Positions 30,892 through 42,323 of a stretch of DNA of 64,000 nt are shown here, piece after piece. The stretch spans positions 64,001 through 128,000 of the forward strand of contig CAWDYW010000003.1 in NCBI GenBank assembly GCA_963806855.1. The letters are read 5' to 3'. The translations under genes and the position numbers were made by a program. The notes under the pieces were generated by a model. The model was not told where the DNA came from. It was given only the letters and a program-made list of their open reading frames with translations, and did not search any database. Position 1 is the first letter of the stretch; each line of letters begins with the position of its first letter. This DNA comes from an uncultured Verrucomicrobiae bacterium (GTDB lineage: Bacteria; Chlamydiota; Chlamydiia; Chlamydiales; Rhabdochlamydiaceae).

Positions 30892-31227
30892 ATGGAACAA
30901 TCACGAGCTCTGACAAAATATCTTCGGATACCTCCCCGTAAAGCGCGGCTTGCCGCAGGCTTGATTCGTGGACTTGATGTAGAGAGCGCCATCGCGCAGC
31001 TGCAATACAGCGGCCTGAAAGGGGGAGTCTTATTATTGAAAACCCTGAAAAGTGCGATCGCTAATGCTGAAACAAATCATGGTCTGCAGAGAAAAGATTT
31101 GAAAGTGCAAGAAGTCCGAATTGATTGTGGCCCGATCATGAGACGCTCCAAAGCGAAAAACAGAGGGGGCCGTGTGCCAGTGAATAAAAGGACAAGCCAC
31201 TTTACAGTTGTAGTGGGAAAGGAATAG
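30892..31227 (+). CDS. rplV: 50S ribosomal protein L22
   Basis: PRKARL, SAIANAE, KRTSHFTVVV. Confidence 0.97.
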   Translation: MEQSRALTKYLRIPPRKARLAAGLIRGLDVESAIAQLQYSGLKGGVLLLKTLKSAIANAETNHGLQRKDLKVQEVRIDCGPIMRRSKAKNRGGRVPVNKRTSHFTVVVGKE

Positions 31228-31239
31228 GAGAGGATTTTA

Positions 31240-31875
31240 ATGGGACAAAAGACATCCCCAGTTGGCTTTCGATTAGTAATAAATAAGAATTGGCGATCGA
31301 TCTGGTTTGCCAACAAAAAAGAGTTTGGAGATTTACTCGAAGAGGATCGTAAGATTAGAGAATTTTTAAATTCAAAACCTGCTTGTGTTGGGAGCTCTCG
31401 ATTTGTCATCAAGCGGATGAGTGGAAAAATCGAAGTGACTATTTTCACAGCTCGTCCAGGCCTCGTGATCGGAAAGAAGGGCGCAGAAATTGAAGCGCTC
31501 AAGAAAGATCTCAAGAAGATGACAGGCAAGGAGATCTGGGTTGAAGTTGAAGAGATTAAACGACCCGACCTTGATGCCAAACTGGTTGCAGACGGAATTG
31601 CAAAGCAGATTGAGAGAAGGATCCCTTTTAGAAGAATCCTTAAGAAATCGATGCAAGCCTCGATGGATGCAGGTGCAGCAGGGGTTAAAGTGCAGGTTTC
31701 TGGAAGACTTAATGGTGCTGAAATTGCCCGAACCGAGTGGTACAAAGAAGGGCGAGTGCCCCTACACACCCTCAGAGCAGAGATTGATTATGCCCCTGGG
31801 CGAGCCGAGACTACTTATGGATCCATCGGGATCAAAGTCTGGATTAATAAGGGCGAAGAAAAAGCTAGTAATTAG
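31240..31875 (+). CDS. rpsC: 30S ribosomal protein S3
   Basis: [24 protein letters not shown]. Confidence 0.98.
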   Translation: MGQKTSPVGFRLVINKNWRSIWFANKKEFGDLLEEDRKIREFLNSKPACVGSSRFVIKRMSGKIEVTIFTARPGLVIGKKGAEIEALKKDLKKMTGKEIWVEVEEIKRPDLDAKLVADGIAKQIERRIPFRRILKKSMQASMDAGAAGVKVQVSGRLNGAEIARTEWYKEGRVPLHTLRAEIDYAPGRAETTYGSIGIKVWINKGEEKASN

Positions 31876-31886
31876 GAGACCATATC

Positions 31887-32312
31887 ATGGCACCAAAGAT
31901 ATTGCCAACCCGAACAAAGTTCCGCAAGCAACAGAAGGGCAATTTAACCGGCCTAAGTAAAGCTGCATGCTTTCTAGATTTTGGTGATTTTGGAATGCAA
32001 GCGCTCGACCGTGGGCGTATTACGCACAAACAGATCGAAGCATGCCGCGTGGCAATTACCCGCCATTTCCAACGTAAAGGAAAAGTTTGGATTCGGATCT
32101 TCCCTGATAAGCCCGTTTCAAAGAAACCAGCCGAAGTGCGTATGGGTAAAGGGAAAGGAGCTGTAGACCATTGGGTAGCCGCTGTCCGACCCGGCAGAAT
32201 TATGTTTGAAGTTGCTGGCGTGCAGCGTGAAGAGGCAAAAATCGCTCTAAAGCTTGCAGCTGCGAAGCTTCCAATCAAGACGCGATTTGTAGATAGAGTG
32301 GAGCGAGTGTAA
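31887..32312 (+). CDS. rplP: 50S ribosomal protein L16
   Basis: [18 protein letters not shown]. Confidence 0.98.
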   Translation: MAPKILPTRTKFRKQQKGNLTGLSKAACFLDFGDFGMQALDRGRITHKQIEACRVAITRHFQRKGKVWIRIFPDKPVSKKPAEVRMGKGKGAVDHWVAAVRPGRIMFEVAGVQREEAKIALKLAAAKLPIKTRFVDRVERV

Positions 32313-32313
32313 C

Positions 32314-32502
32314 ATGAGTAAGAAGAAAGAATTTGAAAATCAGTCAGTTGAAGAGCTCAAAGCTACATACGTCGAGTTATCGAAAAAAATGTTTGAGATG
32401 AGAAATGAGATCAGCACAACGCACAAGATTGAAAAAGCCCACCTATTGCGCAACGCAAAGAGAGATAGGGCCCGTGTGATGACCATACTCAATAGAAGAT
32501 AG
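32314..32502 (+). CDS. rpmC: 50S ribosomal protein L29
   Basis: Position in the operon; [11 protein letters not shown]. Confidence 0.92.
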   Translation: MSKKKEFENQSVEELKATYVELSKKMFEMRNEISTTHKIEKAHLLRNAKRDRARVMTILNRR

Positions 32503-32510
32503 GAAAAGCT

Positions 32511-32765
32511 ATGGAAGATAGAAAACCCAGTAAACGAAAAGTACGTGAAGGGATTGTAATCTCTAACAAGATGGCAAAAACCGTCACCGTTCGAGTCGAA
32601 AGAAGGGAGAAACATCCTGAGTTCGAAAAAAGCGTCATTCGTGCAAAGAAATATTACGCACACAACGAAGATTTAGACATTTCAGTTGGAACGCGAGTCA
32701 GAATTGTGGAGACAAAGCCCCTCTCTAAGCTTAAACGCTGGAGAGTAGTAGAAGTGGTAGGATAA
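32511..32765 (+). CDS. rpsQ: 30S ribosomal protein S17
   Basis: [19 protein letters not shown]. Confidence 0.97.
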   Translation: MEDRKPSKRKVREGIVISNKMAKTVTVRVERREKHPEFEKSVIRAKKYYAHNEDLDISVGTRVRIVETKPLSKLKRWRVVEVVG

Positions 32766-32777
32766 TAGGTAGAGAAA

Positions 32778-33146
32778 ATGATTCAGCAAGAATCCGATTT
32801 ACAAGTCGCAGACAATACAGGTGCCAAGCGGGTAAAATGCTTTAAGGTCCTCGGAGGATCAAAAAGACGATATGCCGGCGTGGGAGATACGATTGTTTGT
32901 TCAGTGAAAGAGGCTGCGCCTAATGGCTCCGTAAAAAAGGGCGAGGTTGTGAAATGCGTCATCGTGCGTACAAAGCGATATATCAAACGGCCGGATGGTA
33001 CCTGGCTTAGATACTTCGACAACAGCTGTGTGATTATCGACGATAAGAATAATCCCAAAGGGACCCGTATTTTTGGCCCTATTGCTCGCGAAGTGAGAGA
33101 TAGAGGATTTGTCAAGATCGCCTCTTTAGCACCAGAAGTGATTTAG
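32778..33146 (+). CDS. rplN: 50S ribosomal protein L14
   Basis: MIQQES, VADNTGA, GTRIFGP, SLAPEV. Confidence 0.99.
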   Translation: MIQQESDLQVADNTGAKRVKCFKVLGGSKRRYAGVGDTIVCSVKEAAPNGSVKKGEVVKCVIVRTKRYIKRPDGTWLRYFDNSCVIIDDKNNPKGTRIFGPIAREVRDRGFVKIASLAPEVI

Positions 33147-33156
33147 GAGAGAAGTA

Positions 33157-33492
33157 ATGAGTAATAAGTGGATACGCAAAGGCGATAAAGTCGTCGTCAT
33201 CGCAGGAAATGAAAAAGGAAGCATCGGAAATGTCCGAGCACGTGAAGGCGACCGTGTAATTATTGAAGGTTTGAACATTCGAAAAAAACACGTCAAGCCG
33301 AAGCAAAAAATGCAGCCAGGAATCGTTGAGATGGAAAGCCCCATCCACATTTCCAATATCAGCATTTGCGATGAAGAAGGGAAACCCGTAAAAATTAAGG
33401 CCAAAAGTTCCAAAGATGGATCAAAAAAATTGATCTATATGGAAGCAGGTAAAGAAGTCCTTTACCGTGACCTGAAAAAAAAGAAAGAATAA
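33157..33492 (+). CDS. rplX: 50S ribosomal protein L24
   Basis: KGDKVVVIAG, ESPIHISN. Confidence 0.97.
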   Translation: MSNKWIRKGDKVVVIAGNEKGSIGNVRAREGDRVIIEGLNIRKKHVKPKQKMQPGIVEMESPIHISNISICDEEGKPVKIKAKSSKDGSKKLIYMEAGKEVLYRDLKKKKE

Positions 33493-33495
33493 CCC

Positions 33496-34038
33496 ATGTC
33501 TAGATTACAGAAAAAATATAAAGAAGAAATCACGAAGTCGCTGAAAGAGCGCTTCCAGTATTCAAACGCCATGCTGATCCCACAGATGAAAAAAGTGATC
33601 ATTAGCATGGGAATTGGCGAACCGGCGCGCGATAAAAACGCTCTACAGGATTGCATCAAGGAACTGACCATTCTATCGGGACAAAAACCGATATTGACAA
33701 TGGCTAAGAAATCGATTGCAAACTTTAAGCTGCGTGAGGACACCCCCGTCGGGTTGATCGTGACACTGCGTCGAAAAAGGATGTACGATTTTATTGATCG
33801 ATTCTGTAACATTGTATCCCCAAGGATTCGAGACTTCCGTGGATTCCCAACAAAAGGTGATGGGATGGGGAATTACTCAATGGGGATCGACGATCAGCAG
33901 ATCTTCCCAGAGATTAATTTGGACGAAGTGAAGCGGGCGCAGGGTATGAATATCACTTTTGTCACATCTGCAAAAACAGATGAAGAGTGTTTTGAACTTT
34001 TAAAGTCTTTAGGACTTCCATTTAAAGAGGGCAGGTAG
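33496..34038 (+). CDS. rplE: 50S ribosomal protein L5
   Basis: [18 protein letters not shown]. Confidence 0.98.
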   Translation: MSRLQKKYKEEITKSLKERFQYSNAMLIPQMKKVIISMGIGEPARDKNALQDCIKELTILSGQKPILTMAKKSIANFKLREDTPVGLIVTLRRKRMYDFIDRFCNIVSPRIRDFRGFPTKGDGMGNYSMGIDDQQIFPEINLDEVKRAQGMNITFVTSAKTDEECFELLKSLGLPFKEGR

Positions 34039-34041
34039 ACA

Positions 34042-34431
34042 ATGTTGCATGATCCAATTTCAGATTTTTTAACCCGAATTCGTAATGCGAAGAGTCAGCA
34101 ACACCGCTATGTTGATATCCCTCTTAGCAAGGAAAAGATTCGCATTGCAAAAGTAATGCATGAAAATGGTTTTATAGACAATCACATTGTAAATGAAGAA
34201 AAGAGAACTCTTAGAGTTTACCTGAAATATGGTTCAAACAGAAAATCTGTTCTCAATGGTCTACGACGGATTTCTAAACCAGGTCTTCGACGATATATTG
34301 GCCATCAAGAAATTCCGAAAATCTTGGGTGGAATGGGCATAGCCGTTCTCTCTACCAATAAAGGAATTCTCGAAGGAGAAAAAGCCCGCGAGCAGAAGCT
34401 CGGCGGAGAAATTTTATGTTATATTTGGTGA
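34042..34431 (+). CDS. rpsH: 30S ribosomal protein S8
   Basis: DPISDFLTRIRNA, SKPGLRRY, GGEILC. Confidence 0.98.
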   Translation: MLHDPISDFLTRIRNAKSQQHRYVDIPLSKEKIRIAKVMHENGFIDNHIVNEEKRTLRVYLKYGSNRKSVLNGLRRISKPGLRRYIGHQEIPKILGGMGIAVLSTNKGILEGEKAREQKLGGEILCYIW

Positions 34432-34442
34432 GGTAATCGCAT

Positions 34443-34991
34443 ATGTCACGCTACGGAAGTACGCCCATCGAAGTCCCTAAAGGGGTCGATGTTAAAAGAA
34501 CTGGGAATAAGCTAAATGTTAAGGGGCCAAAAGGGCAACTCGACTTAGATTTGATCGAAGGATTAGAAATCAAAGAAGAGCCGGGGAAATTGCTCATTTC
34601 TCTCGACAGTAAAGCAGGTAATCAGAGTGCCATGCATGGACTCTATCGATCATTGATCAATAACATGGTTATTGGGGTATCAAAAGGCTTTGAGAAGAGA
34701 CTGACACTTGTTGGAGTTGGTTACCGAGCAGCTCTTGCTGGCGCGAAGCTCGATTTGCAACTGGGCTATTCACATCCAACTGCAGTGACTGTTCCAAAGT
34801 CGCTCCAAGTGACCATTGATAAGTCGACCACGATTATCATTCAAGGTATTGACAAACAGGCAGTTGGGCAGTTTGCAGCAACAGTCCGTGCCGTACGTCC
34901 TCCAGAACCATATAAAGGGAAAGGGGTTCGTTATGAGAATGAGTTTGTGCGCAAAAAAGCTGGAAAGGCAGCTAAAGGTAAAGCAGCATAA
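34443..34991 (+). CDS. rplF: 50S ribosomal protein L6
   Basis: VGVGYRA, GYSHP, PEPYKGKG. Confidence 0.98.
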   Translation: MSRYGSTPIEVPKGVDVKRTGNKLNVKGPKGQLDLDLIEGLEIKEEPGKLLISLDSKAGNQSAMHGLYRSLINNMVIGVSKGFEKRLTLVGVGYRAALAGAKLDLQLGYSHPTAVTVPKSLQVTIDKSTTIIIQGIDKQAVGQFAATVRAVRPPEPYKGKGVRYENEFVRKKAGKAAKGKAA

Positions 34992-35353
34992 TGGAAAGCA
35001 GTATTAAACAACGCAATATTAGACGTAAAAGACGTTCGCTACGAGTCCGTAATAATGTGAGAGGGACACAAGCAAAACCTAGACTCACTGTGTTCCGCTC
35101 GAATAAGCACCTCCTTGCGCAAATCATTGATGATGAAAATCATGCGACCCTATTCGGTATTGGGACAATGAGCAAAGAGTTTGAAGGGGCAAAAAAGTCT
35201 AAAGAGATTGCAAGAGAAATTGGGAAGAGAGTTGCTGCCGAAGCTAAAAAGAAGAACATCGAAAGTGTAATCTTTGATCGCGGCCATTATAAGTACCACG
35301 GGATTATTGCTGAGCTTGCTAATGCAGCTCGCGAAGAAGGATTAAAGTTTTAA
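34991..35353 (+). CDS. rplR: 50S ribosomal protein L18
   Basis: PRLTVFRSNKH, FDRG.YKYHG. Confidence 0.97.
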   Translation: MESSIKQRNIRRKRRSLRVRNNVRGTQAKPRLTVFRSNKHLLAQIIDDENHATLFGIGTMSKEFEGAKKSKEIAREIGKRVAAEAKKKNIESVIFDRGHYKYHGIIAELANAAREEGLKF

Positions 35354-35362
35354 GGAAAAGAA

Positions 35363-35863
35363 ATGGCAGAAAAGAAACGTTATTTCCGCGCTGAAGATTT
35401 TGGCACAGAATTTGAAGAGAAAGTTGTCTACATTAACCGCTGCGCAAAAGTGGTCAAAGGGGGAAGAAAATTCAGCTTTTCCGCTCTTGTCCTCGTAGGG
35501 GATGGGGCAGGCCATGTGGGTCTTGGTTTTGCGAAGGCAAATGAAGTATCTGATGCGATCCGTAAAGGGACAGATGCCGCTCGTAAGCACGTCCTGGCAT
35601 TTGAAATGGAAGATTCAACAATTCCGCATGAAGTTTTCGTGGATTGGGATGGAGCGCGCATCATGCTGAAGCCAGCTCCTGAAGGAACTGGAATCGTCGC
35701 TGGATCAAAAGTACGTTCTATTCTCGAACTTGGCGGCGTGAAAAACGTAGTTGCGAAAAACTTGGGATCGAGTAATCCGTTAAACCAAGTGCGAGCAACA
35801 TTTAAAGCGTTAGAAAGTTTGAGAAACCGAAAAGAGAATTTGGAGATCAGAGGAATATCATGA
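35363..35863 (+). CDS. rpsE: 30S ribosomal protein S5
   Basis: KVVKGGRKFSFSALV, PAPEGTG. Confidence 0.98.
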   Translation: MAEKKRYFRAEDFGTEFEEKVVYINRCAKVVKGGRKFSFSALVLVGDGAGHVGLGFAKANEVSDAIRKGTDAARKHVLAFEMEDSTIPHEVFVDWDGARIMLKPAPEGTGIVAGSKVRSILELGGVKNVVAKNLGSSNPLNQVRATFKALESLRNRKENLEIRGIS

Positions 35864-36312
35864 TTAGTCTAAACAATCTTACAAATACACATCGCCCAAA
35901 AAAGAATATTCAACGGGTGGGACGTGGAGTTGGCTCTGGCCGAGGCAAGACCTGCACCCGCGGACATAAGGGTGACAAGTCACGTTCAGGATATAAGAGA
36001 CATGAAGGGCGAGAAGGGGGACAACTTCCACTTCACCGCAAACTCCCAACTCGAGGGTTTACAAGAGGACTTTTCTACAGAGCGTCGCTTGCCATCAACC
36101 TCAGCTTGATCGAAAGAATGTATGAGAACGGCGAAGTGGTCAATTTTGAATCGCTCCGCATGAAAGGAATTGCCCCTCGTGAATTACCGGGCGGAATTAA
36201 GATTCTTGGCACAGGCGAACTTAAAAAGAAAGTTACAATAGAAGCCAATCAATACTCTGAAGCTGCTCAAGCAAAATTAGAGAAAAGTGGAATAAAATTT
36301 ACAAAGGTCTAG
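35860..36312 (+). CDS. rplO: 50S ribosomal protein L15
   Basis: RVGRGVGSG, EGGQLPLHRKLP.RGF. Confidence 0.97.
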   Translation: MISLNNLTNTHRPKKNIQRVGRGVGSGRGKTCTRGHKGDKSRSGYKRHEGREGGQLPLHRKLPTRGFTRGLFYRASLAINLSLIERMYENGEVVNFESLRMKGIAPRELPGGIKILGTGELKKKVTIEANQYSEAAQAKLEKSGIKFTKV

Positions 36313-37683
36313 ATGATTAGCGGGTTGATGCGCATTTTTTCTGTTCCCGAGTTGAAGAAAAAGATTTTCTTTACACTTTTGATGCTTCTCGTTTGCAGAG
36401 TTGGCGCTTATATTCCCGTTCCCAGCATTAATGGCGATCTAGCCGTAGAATTTTTCAAACAAGCAACTGGCGGCAGCCAAAACCTTTTCCAGTTGATGGA
36501 TGTCTTTTCTGGAGGGGCATTTGCGCAGATGACGATCATCGCACTTGGCGTCATGCCCTACATCTCGGCATCGATCATCATGCAATTGGTCACAGCCCTC
36601 GTCCCCTCTTTTCAAAGAGAAGTTAAGGAAAATCCTGAGACTGGAAGGAGAAAATTGGGCAAATGGACGCGGGTCCTCACAGTCCTTTTGGCCGCCTTCC
36701 AAGCGGGGATTTATGCCCGTTATGCCCTGCAACTCAATGCGAGCCATCCTGGAATCATCGTCCCCCAAATTCTCGATATAACGATGTTCAATTTTCCTTG
36801 GCTCTTTTTCCTCCTTGTCATTCTGACGATGTCTGCCGGCACGATGCTACTCATGTGGATAGGTGAGCAGATATCTGAGCGCGGGATAGGCAATGGAATC
36901 AGCTTAATCATCACCGTCGGAATCCTATCGTCGCTACCATCTACAATTGGGGCGATTGGTAGAAAGCTGAACCTAGACTCACAAGAGCCTGGACAACTTT
37001 CCTTTGCTACGCTTGTTGTATTGCTTGCCATATTTGTTTTCATCATCATCGGGACGATCTTGATCATACAAGGACAGCGAAAAATTCATTTACAATATGC
37101 CCGCCGCGTTGTCGGACGACATGAAGTACAGGGGGGAAGAGCCTATATCCCTCTCAAAGTCAATTATGCTGGTGTTATCCCCGTCATTTTTGCCTCTGCA
37201 TTCCTTATGTTCCCAGCGACAATCGCTCAGCTGGCTGGACCCGAGAGCTGGATAGGGGGTATGGCAAAGTGGCTCGCTCCAGGAAGTAGCTTATACTCAA
37301 TTTTTTATGTATTCTTGATTATCGGCTTTACCTACTTTTGGACCGCGACCCAGTTTCACCCTGAGCAAATCGCCTCTGACATGAAAAAGAACGGCGCCTT
37401 CATTCCTGGCATCCGCCAAGGTAGACCTACACAAGATTTCCTTGAAGCAACGATGAGCCGTATTACATTTGCTGGAGCCATTTTCCTCGCCATTATCGCC
37501 GTATTACCTTCGATTATTGGAAAATTGCTCAAAGTTGACCCAAGTATTAGTTATTTTTTTGGAGGAACATCCCTTTTGATTTTAGTGGGAGTGGTCCTCG
37601 ATACGACAAAACAAGTTGAATCTCACATGCTAATGAAGAGGTATGAGGGGTTCATGAAGAAGGGAAGGGCGCGGAGCCATTAA
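36313..37683 (+). CDS. secY: Preprotein translocase subunit SecY
   Basis: ALGVMPYISASII, GIGNGISL, AGVIPVIFAS, FIPGIR, GGTSLLI. Confidence 0.99.
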   Translation: MISGLMRIFSVPELKKKIFFTLLMLLVCRVGAYIPVPSINGDLAVEFFKQATGGSQNLFQLMDVFSGGAFAQMTIIALGVMPYISASIIMQLVTALVPSFQREVKENPETGRRKLGKWTRVLTVLLAAFQAGIYARYALQLNASHPGIIVPQILDITMFNFPWLFFLLVILTMSAGTMLLMWIGEQISERGIGNGISLIITVGILSSLPSTIGAIGRKLNLDSQEPGQLSFATLVVLLAIFVFIIIGTILIIQGQRKIHLQYARRVVGRHEVQGGRAYIPLKVNYAGVIPVIFASAFLMFPATIAQLAGPESWIGGMAKWLAPGSSLYSIFYVFLIIGFTYFWTATQFHPEQIASDMKKNGAFIPGIRQGRPTQDFLEATMSRITFAGAIFLAIIAVLPSIIGKLLKVDPSISYFFGGTSLLILVGVVLDTTKQVESHMLMKRYEGFMKKGRARSH

Positions 37684-37699
37684 AAAAAATATTTCCCAC

Positions 37700-37728
37700 T
37701 TGAATTTAAACAAATCTTGTGATAAATT
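37700..37728 (+). promoter_or_regulatory. Putative promoter of the rpsM operon
   Basis: TTGAAT-N17-TAAATT upstream of rpsM. Confidence 0.45.
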
Positions 37729-37758
37729 TTACGCATTATAGAACAAAGGAACACCTAA

Positions 37759-38133
37759 ATGCCTCGAGTTATTGGAATAGATATTCCCGGTAAAAAGCGA
37801 CTGATCATCAGCTTAACCTACATCCACGGGATTGGGGATAAACGAGCTGCTGAAGTTTGCAATAAGCTCCATCTTAATCCGGATATGCGCGCTCAACAGC
37901 TGACAGAAGAAGATATCGGCCGGATAAATTCCTTACTGACATCAGAGTATGTAGTAGAAGGGGATTTAAGAAGGCAAGTTCAAAACAACATTAAACGATT
38001 AATCAGCATTCAAGCCTACCGCGGCATACGCCATAGATTAGGCCTTCCTGTTCGCGGTCAACGCACCAGTTCAAATGCACGGACCCGTAAAGGAAAGAAA
38101 AAAACGATAGCCGGCAAGAAAAAAGCTGCGTAA
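37759..38133 (+). CDS. rpsM: 30S ribosomal protein S13
   Basis: LTYIHGIG, VEGDLRR, PVRGQRT. Confidence 0.98.
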   Translation: MPRVIGIDIPGKKRLIISLTYIHGIGDKRAAEVCNKLHLNPDMRAQQLTEEDIGRINSLLTSEYVVEGDLRRQVQNNIKRLISIQAYRGIRHRLGLPVRGQRTSSNARTRKGKKKTIAGKKKAA

Positions 38134-38150
38134 ACCTCAAGGAGTAACAA

Positions 38151-38591
38151 TTGGCTAAACAAGATACGCAAAAAAAAGGGACCTTTAAGAAAGGGGCGAC
38201 TGCAACGACTTCAGGGGCGAGACCACGTAAGAAATTGCAGAGAACCGTTCCAAGTGGGATCGCACACGTAAATGCCTCTTTTAACAATACGATTGTGAGC
38301 ATCACCGACCTCGTAGGCAATGTGATTTCTTGGGCATCCGCAGGAAAAGTCAATTTTTCAGGCTCAAGAAAATCCTCTGCATTTGCAGCTACAGTTGCTG
38401 CTCAAGATGCAGCGAAAGTGGCGATGTCAGCAGGAATGAAAGAAGTTGAAGTTAATCTGAAGGGACCAGGAGCTGGGCGAGAGTCAGCGGTGCGCGGATT
38501 ACAGAGCGCTGGGCTTATCATTACCCTTATTCGTGATAAGACCCCGGTTCCTCATAACGGCTGTCGTCCTCGAAAAAGACGCCGCGTATAA
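38151..38591 (+). CDS. rpsK: 30S ribosomal protein S11
   Basis: [23 protein letters not shown]. Confidence 0.98.
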   Translation: MAKQDTQKKGTFKKGATATTSGARPRKKLQRTVPSGIAHVNASFNNTIVSITDLVGNVISWASAGKVNFSGSRKSSAFAATVAAQDAAKVAMSAGMKEVEVNLKGPGAGRESAVRGLQSAGLIITLIRDKTPVPHNGCRPRKRRRV

Positions 38592-38624
38592 CACAAGATT
38601 ACTAGATAATAGGAGAATATCATT

Positions 38625-39719
38625 ATGGCAGTGAGATATGGCAAATTTGAATTGCCCAAAAAAATTTCCCTTTCAGAGTCGTCAAAAGACGGGAAATTTG
38701 CACGATTCATAGCTGAGCCTTTTGAGCGAGGCTTTGGCCATACCATGGGCAATGCATTGCGAAGAATCATGCTAAGCTCATTGGAAGCTCCTGCAATCGT
38801 ATCAGTCAGAATCGAAGGGGTTCCTCACGAGTATATGGCGGTTGAGGGGATTATCGAAGATATGACTCATATCGTCCTTAACCTCAAAGGGGCACTTCTT
38901 CGCAAGCTTTTGACAAGCGACGATTCAAGTTCACGACGTCCTCGTTCGATGATCAGCACTTTGGAAATCACTGCTGATCAGCTCGATAAGCATCATGGTC
39001 AGTATCCAGTGACCCTCAAAGAATTCCTCGGGAAGACCGATTTTGAGATCATCAATCCAGAGCTAGTTATCTTCCACGTGACTCAGCCAATGACCAAGCG
39101 GGTTGAAGTCAAAGTTGCAATCGGCCGTGGCTATGTTCCATCTGAACGTCATGAGTTTGAGACAGCTGTCGACGAGATTGTCATCGACTCAATTTTCTCT
39201 CCGGTGCGACTCGTCAACTACTTTGTCGAAAATACCCGTGTCGGACAAGTGACCGATTTCGACAAATTGATTTTCGAAGTGACAACCGATGGAAGGGTGT
39301 CACCTGAAGAAGCGCTTGCCTTTGCTACGCAACTGGCTATCCACCATTTTGAAATCTTCAAGCTGATCAAAGACGAACAGCTGATTTTTGAATCGGGTGA
39401 AGAAGGCAGCGACACTGATAAAGATGCGCTGATGCAGAAACTTGCATTGAAAATCAATGAAATTGAGCTATCGGTTCGTTCAACAAATTGCCTTTCTGGC
39501 GCCGACATCGGCACGATTGCAGAGCTTGTGATTATGCCCGAATCAGAGATGCTTCGATTCCGCAATTTTGGAAAGAAATCTCTGAATGAAATCAAAGCAA
39601 AGCTTGAAGAGATGGGGCTATATTTGGGGATGGATTTGAGCAAATTAGGCATTACCCGGGAAAACGTAAAAGAAGTTATCAACCAATACCTTAGCGAAAA
39701 GGCAGGACAGGAAGTATGA
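38625..39719 (+). CDS. rpoA: RNA polymerase alpha subunit
   Basis: EPFERGFGHTMGNALRR, ELSVRSTNCL, NFGKKSLNEI. Confidence 0.99.
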   Translation: MAVRYGKFELPKKISLSESSKDGKFARFIAEPFERGFGHTMGNALRRIMLSSLEAPAIVSVRIEGVPHEYMAVEGIIEDMTHIVLNLKGALLRKLLTSDDSSSRRPRSMISTLEITADQLDKHHGQYPVTLKEFLGKTDFEIINPELVIFHVTQPMTKRVEVKVAIGRGYVPSERHEFETAVDEIVIDSIFSPVRLVNYFVENTRVGQVTDFDKLIFEVTTDGRVSPEEALAFATQLAIHHFEIFKLIKDEQLIFESGEEGSDTDKDALMQKLALKINEIELSVRSTNCLSGADIGTIAELVIMPESEMLRFRNFGKKSLNEIKAKLEEMGLYLGMDLSKLGITRENVKEVINQYLSEKAGQEV

Positions 39720-40147
39720 GACACCGAAAAAGTACATTTAAGCTCGGCCGCAATACAGGTCATCGTCGCAGTCTAATGGCCAATATGGTCAAATCGTTGA
39801 TTGAGCATGAACGGATTGTCACTACAGACACCAAAGCTAAGCTCCTTCGCAGTTGCGCAGACCGGATGATCACCCTGGCAAAAAAGGGAACATTAGCCAG
39901 CCGCCGCCAAGCGATTGGTGAGATGATGATTCGTTACAATCCCCTCACCCCTAAAGAGGCTCGTGCGGCAAAAGAAGGAGATACCTCTGCTTACAATGGA
40001 GATCGAAAAGTCATTAATAAATTATTTAATGAGCTTGGTCCCCGTTTTGCTACCCGAGAAGGTGGTTATACAAGGTTGATCAGAACAGCAGCCCTTAAAA
40101 GAGGCGACAACAGTGCCAAATGCATCATCGAGTATTTGCCAGAGTAG
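39716..40147 (+). CDS. rplQ: 50S ribosomal protein L17
   Basis: MRHR, KLGR, GGYTR, RGDN. Confidence 0.98.
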   Translation: MRHRKSTFKLGRNTGHRRSLMANMVKSLIEHERIVTTDTKAKLLRSCADRMITLAKKGTLASRRQAIGEMMIRYNPLTPKEARAAKEGDTSAYNGDRKVINKLFNELGPRFATREGGYTRLIRTAALKRGDNSAKCIIEYLPE

Positions 40148-40173
40148 ATACTTTCCAAGTATTTTGAATGCTG

Positions 40174-40201
40174 AAAGCCTCACAGAGATGTGGGGCTTTT
40201 T
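40174..40201 (+). terminator. Rho-independent terminator after rplQ
   Basis: AAGCCTCACA-gaga-TGTGGGGCTT followed by a T-run. Confidence 0.75.
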
Positions 40202-40206
40202 GTTAG

Positions 40207-41292
<1,086 letters not shown>

Positions 41293-41306
41293 ACCCGGAT
41301 TATTAC

Positions 41307-42113
41307 GTGAATTTTACTAGAGAACCTATCATAGAAACGGTCATCACCCCCAAAGAAGGCTATAAGCTTGTCGTCCGCAGCAGCAGAGGGGTAGGCCAAG
41401 AAGAGTATGCCGTTGATGCCATCGAAGTGGTATCATTCGGCCACTCCTTTTTTTATCGTTCATTAGAAAGACCCAAGTCCTTTCTTGTCCCCGTCTCTGA
41501 TTATGAGGTTGTAGAGGCAAAAGAGACCCGAGTCGTTTTAAAGAATGCGACCTTTGACCGCTCCATCAAAATTGGTGGTGGGCGAGAAGCCAGCGTCAAA
41601 GCGGTCAAAGAAAAACCAACGCCTGTCGTTGAAGAGCAAGAGCCAGCAGCCGTCGAGCAGCGCCTTGAGAAAAAACGAGAGCGCCGCCGCCATCGTCGCC
41701 GCCGCTCAGGTTCTGAAGATGAAAAAGTGGCCGAAGAGACAACAGAAGTCGTCGAAGAAGTGTCAGTCGATCAAGAAGCTCCACAAACGCCTCCACCGGT
41801 ACTCCGACGTCTGATTCCCCCTCCAACCCAACTCATCGCGGAGAAGATCTCCAAAGAGCGGGCTAAAGAGGGCTTAGAAGCCGATGTGATTCCGACTCCA
41901 GTTGAAGAAGAGGAAGACAAATCGAAGCGCTCTCGCAGAAAGCGATCTGAAGAGATCATATTGGATGAAGAAATTACTGAAGAGATCCCTCCCCAAGCAG
42001 AAGGAGGCGAGGTGCAAAGAACTGCTGCTGAAGTAGTCGAAACAGCTGCAAGCACTTCTTTTAGCACCCTTGAGGAGAAGGGGAAATTTTCATTTTTTGG
42101 AAAAATTTGGTAG
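41307..42113 (+). CDS. grgA: Chlamydia-specific transcription factor GrgA (CT504 homolog)
   Basis: N-terminus MNFTREPIIETVITPKEGYKL...KSFLVPVSDYEV resembles CT504; basic then acidic low-complexity region; position after gapA. Confidence 0.8.
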   Translation: MNFTREPIIETVITPKEGYKLVVRSSRGVGQEEYAVDAIEVVSFGHSFFYRSLERPKSFLVPVSDYEVVEAKETRVVLKNATFDRSIKIGGGREASVKAVKEKPTPVVEEQEPAAVEQRLEKKRERRRHRRRRSGSEDEKVAEETTEVVEEVSVDQEAPQTPPPVLRRLIPPPTQLIAEKISKERAKEGLEADVIPTPVEEEEDKSKRSRRKRSEEIILDEEITEEIPPQAEGGEVQRTAAEVVETAASTSFSTLEEKGKFSFFGKIW

Positions 42114-42142
42114 AAGATAACCAGAATTCATAGTAAAATCAT

Positions 42143-42174
42143 CCTGTCCTTAGCATATAAGGACAGGTTTTTTT
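42143..42174 (+). terminator. Rho-independent terminator after grgA
   Basis: CCTGTCCTTA-gcata-TAAGGACAGG plus TTTTTTT. Confidence 0.75.
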
Positions 42175-42176
42175 CT

Positions 42177-42259
42177 GCTTGGATGGTGGAATGGTAGACA
42201 CAAGAGACTTAAAATCTCTTGGGAGTAATCCCGTGCGGGTTCGAGTCCCGCTCCGAGCA
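42177..42259 (+). tRNA. tRNA-Leu(TAA); CCA not encoded
   Basis: Acceptor GCTTGGA/TCCGAGC, D-loop GGAATGGTAGAC, anticodon arm AGAGA-CTTAAAA-TCTCT, long variable arm, T-arm GCGGG-TTCGAGT-CCCGC. Confidence 0.97.
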
Positions 42260-42316
42260 TAAACAATAAGGCCAAAAAAGCGTCAGCTTTTTTGGCCTTA
42301 TTGTTTATGCTCGGAG
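42251..42316. repeat. Perfect 31-bp hairpin overlapping the tRNA 3' end
   Basis: 42251-42281 and 42286-42316 are exact reverse complements; loop GTCA. Confidence 0.95.
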
Positions 42317-42323
42317 AGCAACA

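Noticed and set aside
28101..40147. Absence of rpsJ, rpsN, rpmD, adk/map/infA/rpmJ and rpsD from the ribosomal cluster
   Set aside because: Matches the usual chlamydial arrangement, so not novel.
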